From contig OZ024740.1 in NCBI GenBank assembly GCA_964016885.1, positions 396,118,001 to 396,182,000 on the forward strand: a DNA stretch of 64,000 bases, read 5' to 3'. The notes below the pieces were generated by a model. It was not told the DNA's origin, made no database searches, and saw nothing but the letters and a program-made list of their open reading frames with translations. Positions 62,228-64,000 of the stretch are shown here, one piece after another. The translations under genes and the position numbers were made by a program. The first letter of the stretch is position 1, and each line of letters begins with the position of its first letter. Source of the stretch: Eledone cirrhosa. Taxonomy: Eukaryota.

Positions 62228-64000
62228 CTCTATAGACTATGTAATTCTATGAACCCTTGAATATAAAACTTAAGTGAGGTTTTATCCCTACATTCACAAT
62301 AACCATAATAAGTTAGTTGATTGGGAGTTAACAGTAGTAGTTTTGATGAGGTTAGTCAAGAAGTTACTAAGTTGATCATCGCTGCTGTTCGGCATTGCTA
62401 TCATTTTTATTCCTATGTTCTAGCATATTGATCAGTTAATATTGATCAGTGGCATTAAAAGGATGAATGTGAAACCATGTTTGAGTTTGTTGTTAAAACA
62501 GATTCGTTTATTTTTCGGACTTCTGCAAAATCATGAGCATCACAACTTCCCATTTCTTTTAAACTCTAACAGCATCATGTTTTGAGAGAATAGGGAATGG
62601 TCCCTAATAAAGAGCTAAGATAATTATTTTATTGATATTGTTTCCACATTTTTTAATTCAAATTTTAGTTCGGTTAACTTTGGTTTTTATCTCATTGGTT
62701 TTGATAAGCTGAGTATTTGAAATATCCAGAATTTAAAGAAACATCTCAAAACCAAGGTGTTTGAGTTGAAAGAGTACCTTGATGTTCAGCAGTGCTATCC
62801 TTAGGGACGGGTGACTACACTGGTTCTCACCTGACTCTCACTTCTGGTTCCAGGATATTTTTCAGCCACACTCTGGTAACTGCTTTTATTGGGAAGCTAA
62901 ACTTAGGAAAGGACTGGACACATGGATAGAAGATGGGCACCGCTAAGCATTTCTCTGACTCACTAAAATCTAGAGTGGCACCTCAATGTCTGACTGCACA
63001 AGTTGCAGGAACTTAATTGATTGATTTGAAATATATTAGGGTCAACTCAATCCACCATATACATTCTCGATTACAAAAACAACAAGCCATCAAAAAACAC
63101 CTGACTATTTGCTATACACTAATACTAACCTACTGGCAATTGCTCTTTACTGGTAATTACAAATCACTCTAACAACTGTCTTACATATGTATAAGGGATA
63201 TTCTGGCACCTTACCAAAGTTAAATTAATCAACCTTCTATTAATCAGTTCAAGTACACAGTAATATCAAAAACAACTAAACTTTAACCTTTTCAATACCA
63301 AATTTTTAATGAAATACACTGACTATGATCTCTAAATCATTTTGAAAATAATCAAGAATTTAAAGATATTTAATAAAATAGCTAATTTTCTTATTATTAA
63401 GCAGGTATTTGGAGCATAACTTAACAAATATGAATACTTAAAAATAAATAGTTTAGTTGTATAACCAGGAGTGGTTTCAGGTAGTTTGATATGAAAAAAA
63501 TGTTTATGATAATAAACAAAATAGTAGTTGTCATGATCCAATTCCCTAAATTATTAATAGCTTTATTTTAAGTATATTTTTCAGTTATGTTTAACTTAAA
63601 ATATATCAATCAATAATAAGTACAGCTAACCAGTTATAATGTCTATTACACCACAGTCTCTCTATCATCTGGTAGTCTTTCTTTCATATGTGACAATGTC
63701 TCTTTTATTTGGTTATTCCTCATATTTAGTAGTGTCTTGTACATGATAATGTCTTGTATAAAGTAGTGTAGTGTTTTTCATACATATTTGTCACTTATTG
63801 TAATAATCCACAATTATTTTGCACTATCTTCTTTGGAATGATGTTTTTGTTGTTTCTTATGAAAGCTTATTCCAGAATAAATGTTTTTCTTCATTATTGT
63901 TACCTTTTAAATGTTTTTATTTAATGTTCAAATTCAATTATTTTATTTATTCAATTAACTGTTCCATCGAACTGTTCAATTTACTGCTCCATCAAACAGT

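Noticed and set aside
62700-63020. Slightly GC-richer island as an exon or transposon fragment
   Set aside because: I found no convincing frame, splice pair or family motif by eye, so it is left unannotated.

Overview
AT-rich animal genomic DNA. The SINE, RTE and MITE repeats suggest an octopod cephalopod, which is inferred from repeat resemblance, not proven. The + strand carries the 3' part of one spliced gene, a RILP/RILPL1-like Rab-effector coiled-coil protein. It has seven phase-compatible GT-AG coding exons between 1214 and 50355, plus a candidate 24/36-nt microexon at 19720-19755; the 5' exon(s) lie upstream of the window. Its first visible intron (~40 kb) holds a ~16-kb array of a 27-bp GT-rich minisatellite (22551-38620), which produces the huge Thr-rich and Val-rich ORFs in the track. 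Downstream are a full-length, nearly intact Tx1/L1-clade LINE on the - strand (51350-57181, 11-bp TSD, with a nested 62-bp RTE-type tail) and a 5'-truncated RTE LINE whose open ORF contains an internal PHD finger. The rest is decayed LINEs, tRNA-type SINEs, hAT- and piggyBac-type MITEs, fold-backs and microsatellites. I found no prokaryotic system and no CRISPR array. I cannot claim a new biological system. The best leads are the minisatellite, the microexon, an altered phospho-Rab-binding motif, and a snap-back retrotransposition junction.
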